From assembly GCF_009914755.1 (NCBI RefSeq), contig NC_060945.1: a stretch of DNA of 64,000 nt. One strand, given 5' to 3'. Source of the stretch: the human T2T-CHM13v2.0 reference genome, Homo sapiens. A program made the position numbers and the translations under genes. Below the pieces are notes generated by a model, which ran no database searches, was not told the DNA's origin, and saw nothing but the letters and a program-made list of their open reading frames with translations. The first letter of the stretch is position 1. The number at the start of each line of letters is the position of its first letter. Positions 60,880 through 64,000 of this stretch are shown one piece after another.

Positions 60880-61205
60880 CCACATTTATTCCCTAGCCAT
60901 CCAGAACAGCCTAGGATTTGTTACTGATTCCCCTAGACACAAGAGTTCCTTCCATGCTTTATTCCCATGATTAATGTGACCCTGGGGTATAAAACTCAGA
61001 GTGGGCTGCTTTGGGGGGATCCCTCAGCTGTAGTACAAGTGGGGTGCATACAGTGAAGACTCTATCTTCTCCAGGCAGCTTTTCTGAGACTTGGGGGATG
61101 AACTTACAATGAACCCTAGGCTTCCATTGTCCCTTGCTCCCTATCTGTAAGTAACAGGTCTGTTTCATGTAACCTATTGCATATATAATATTCTGTCTCA
61201 CCAGG
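60880..61205 (+). mobile_element. ERVL-type LTR fragment (MER70-like)
   Basis: ggggtataaaactcag...tgtcccttgctccctatctgtaagtaa...tcatgtaacc...tctgtctcacc. Confidence 0.5.
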
Positions 61206-61344
61206 AAAGGATGCAGAAGTTACCTTTCACTTGCACAACCAAGCAAACAAATGACTATGGGAGAAATGCAAAATCCACATGGAAAACATCAAAACATCAC
61301 CCTCTTCTTATATAATGAAGATTTTTAGGAACTCAATGTTGTAC

Positions 61345-61558
61345 CTAATTCAGAATAAATGTCATCAGTCGTGACAAAAAAAAAAAGGCTCTCTGAAAAA
61401 AGTCTAATTTGTAGCATTTGCTGATCTCTGTAGTATAAATACTCCCATCACGTTCTCTTTCAACTTAGCAATGTGACGCCTCTAAACACAGAGCTGGAAA
61501 GAGATGCTCAAAATTGCCTTTTGTGAGCTGGTATGAAGTGGCCCCAGCAAACCAATGA
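61345..61558. mobile_element. MER63-like hAT element
   Basis: atttgtagcatttgctgatctctgtagtataaatactcccatca...gagctggtatgaagtggccccagca. Confidence 0.6.
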
Positions 61559-62130
61559 AAAAAAAATGTACATGAAGGGAAATGCCAAACTTACTGGAAT
61601 TTGAAATGTCTAAATTATTTAGTTTCCATGAATATCATAATAATGGAAGTCTGCTCTTAGCAACAAACCACATTAACTAAACAATGTGTCCTCTTAAAAC
61701 TTTGATCACCTTCAAAGATAAGGAATAATAGGTATAAAGTACATATTTTCATAGGGAAAATTTTTTAAATGAGAGTATTTTTTTAAATGTAAAACTCAAA
61801 TGCATTGGAATGAATTAAAAAATGATGTCAGGCTTTATAGGCTTATGAAGAAAATTTACTAGAAAGTGTCTCCGGAAATATCACATAAGAATGAAGTCAG
61901 TGGCATTTTATTATTGTAGCAGAGAAGACAATACCTAGCTTGAGTGATGAAATTCTAAGTCAGAAAAGTAGGTCCACACTGAAACAAATGTGCCTTTTGC
62001 ATGGTGAGATCTTCATTAAGAAAAGCCCTCAGAAAAATATCACTGGTGATACTGAAGGGCATAAAACCTTCTATCAGGGAAAGAATCCTAAAATTTTGAG
62101 TTCTAATGTGATGATCAATTTTTTTTCTTT

Positions 62131-62178
62131 TCAGTAGAATCCAGAGGACCAATAACTTCCATGGAAAGAGGAGCATGG
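62131..62178 (-). pseudogene. Orphan KRTAP C-terminal coding fragment (PCSSFHGSYWSSGFY*)
   Basis: Minus strand ...GGA AGT TAT TGG TCC TCT GGA TTC TAC TGA matches the family C-terminal signature; followed by a 3'UTR-like segment similar to that of the 62.5-kb pseudogene. Confidence 0.68.
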
Positions 62179-62480
62179 TTTTAGATTCCCATAAGCAAAT
62201 TTTATTAGGGAATATGTGCGGAAATATCATCAAAGGGATAAAGAAGAAAAGCTTCATGCTAATAACACAGTGGGAATGTGGATACCTCGACTAGACTGGT
62301 GCTAAGATTCCAGCTAAGGGAAACAAATCCCTGCAGATTTGGAGAATTGGTCTCCATTAGGATGTCTTCAGGGGCTCATGACTGGCTCTGAAATATGTCA
62401 CTGATAACAGTGAAGAAAACAAAAGAACGAAGATGAAAATAATATAAAAGCTCTGAATTTATTTGCAATAGACTATATTT

Positions 62481-62649
62481 TCAAAAGGAGTGAAGATTAC
62501 CAATATCCTTCATAGAAAGAGGGATAAGAATGGTCACAGCCATAACCACCATCAAGCCCATAGCTAGATCCATAGCCATAGTCCAGACTACCAAAACCAC
62601 CAAGGCCATAGCCATGTCCACTGTAGTCCTTGCTGTACTAGTAGCTCAT
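62481..62649 (-). pseudogene. KRTAP19-10P: Cys-poor HGT-KRTAP pseudogene (MSY*YSKDYSGHGYGLGGFGSLDYGYGSSYGLDGGYGCDHSYPSFYEGYW*)
   Basis: ATG at 62647-62649, TAG at codon 4, TAA at 62497-62499; TATAAAA at 62726-62732; CTTTGAAG at 63246-63253. Symbol is tentative, from recalled cluster order. Confidence 0.82.
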
Positions 62650-62837
62650 TATGTTGGGGGTTGAAGATTGGTTTGATGTTGAAGTTGAATTTCCTAAGAA
62701 TAAATATCACCACCCACGCCTAGACTTTTATATTCTCTCGGGAGTGGGGGGGCACTACATAGATATTTCTCATTTTTGTTTCTTTCACTAATGTGCAAAA
62801 CAGCCCAAGTATATTCTTGTTTTGTGATTTGAGAAGC

Positions 62838-63139
<302 letters not shown>

Positions 63140-64000
63140 AATTTGAGAAGTTTTAATGCTACTCATGTATAATTATATTTACTTATTTGCTTTCTCTGAA
63201 CTTCTTAGTGTCAGCTCTTACAATAAAAGGTAATGACTGCCAATTCTTCAAAGCTTATGACTGTGCTTAACATAGCCTAACTAGATTACTTGATGCAATC
63301 TGACCTCTTGCATCATATCTAATTTTGTTAGTCCTTGTCTCTCATTCTCTCCTTTTATCAAGAACCACCGCTCTCCTCCTAATCCAGAAGTTACAGTTTC
63401 CTACTTATTAATTGGCATGAGTTTGAAGGTGTTAGAGCACACTAGTTGAGAGCCCAGTATATGCAGCAATGCCTGTTGTTATTTCAAAGTCCTGTTTCTA
63501 CCCACTTGAGTGAGATTCTCAATCTTTTAAAATATCCATTTTCATACATGTGCAAAGACAATAATAATTTACATCTCTGTTTTCGACATTTGCTGCAAAG
63601 CCCCCTAAGCATAGAGCAACAAACCCTTCATAACTTACCTCTCTGTCAGCTCACAAATGTAATTATATGAAAGAAAAATATATTACACTGTGAAAGCTTA
63701 TCTCCTTATATAGCTTTGAGGGTCCTTAAATGGGAGCAAATTGAAAGAAGAAACGTAAATAAAGGGACAATGGCCTTTTCATTATTGGGAAAATCTGTGC
63801 TTAATTCTAAAGTTTTTGAAGTACAATAAGGGAGTATCACTCTAAGAAGGAAAGACGTTAAGTCTTTTATAAGTAAGCATTAATAAGAAATATAATTCAA
63901 AAGGAAAATATATTGTTAATTGCAAAAATATTGGCAAAACTTAAATGAAAAATGTCTATTGAGGTGAATAAATAAAATTTAAATTATGTTTGCTATATCA

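Overview
AT-rich, repeat-dense primate (human-like) genomic DNA containing part of the high glycine-tyrosine (HGT) hair keratin-associated protein cluster. Protein sequences and gene order match human KRTAP19-1 to 19-5 (21q22.11). The five single-exon genes all lie on the minus strand with a TATA box about 75-85 bp upstream of the family start position, and four have a canonical AATAAA. At higher coordinates are decayed paralogs, also on the minus strand: pseudogenes at ~46.3 kb and ~62.6 kb, fainter relics at ~50.6 kb and ~53.7 kb, and an orphan C-terminal fragment at ~62.15 kb. The remainder is Alu, L1 (three with internal inversions), THE1/MST/MLT2 LTRs, MIR/L2, DNA-transposon MITEs and simple repeats. 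I found no evidence of a wholly new biological system. The most notable signals are: KRTAP19-2 lost its ancestral start, uses a new ATG and has its 3' flank fused to an MST retroelement; three paralogs carry a stop at codon 4; protein lengths step in exact 9-aa units; promoter motifs differ between paralogs; and there are several likely under-annotated KRTAP relics. Repeat subfamily names and gene symbols are from recognition, not database searches.
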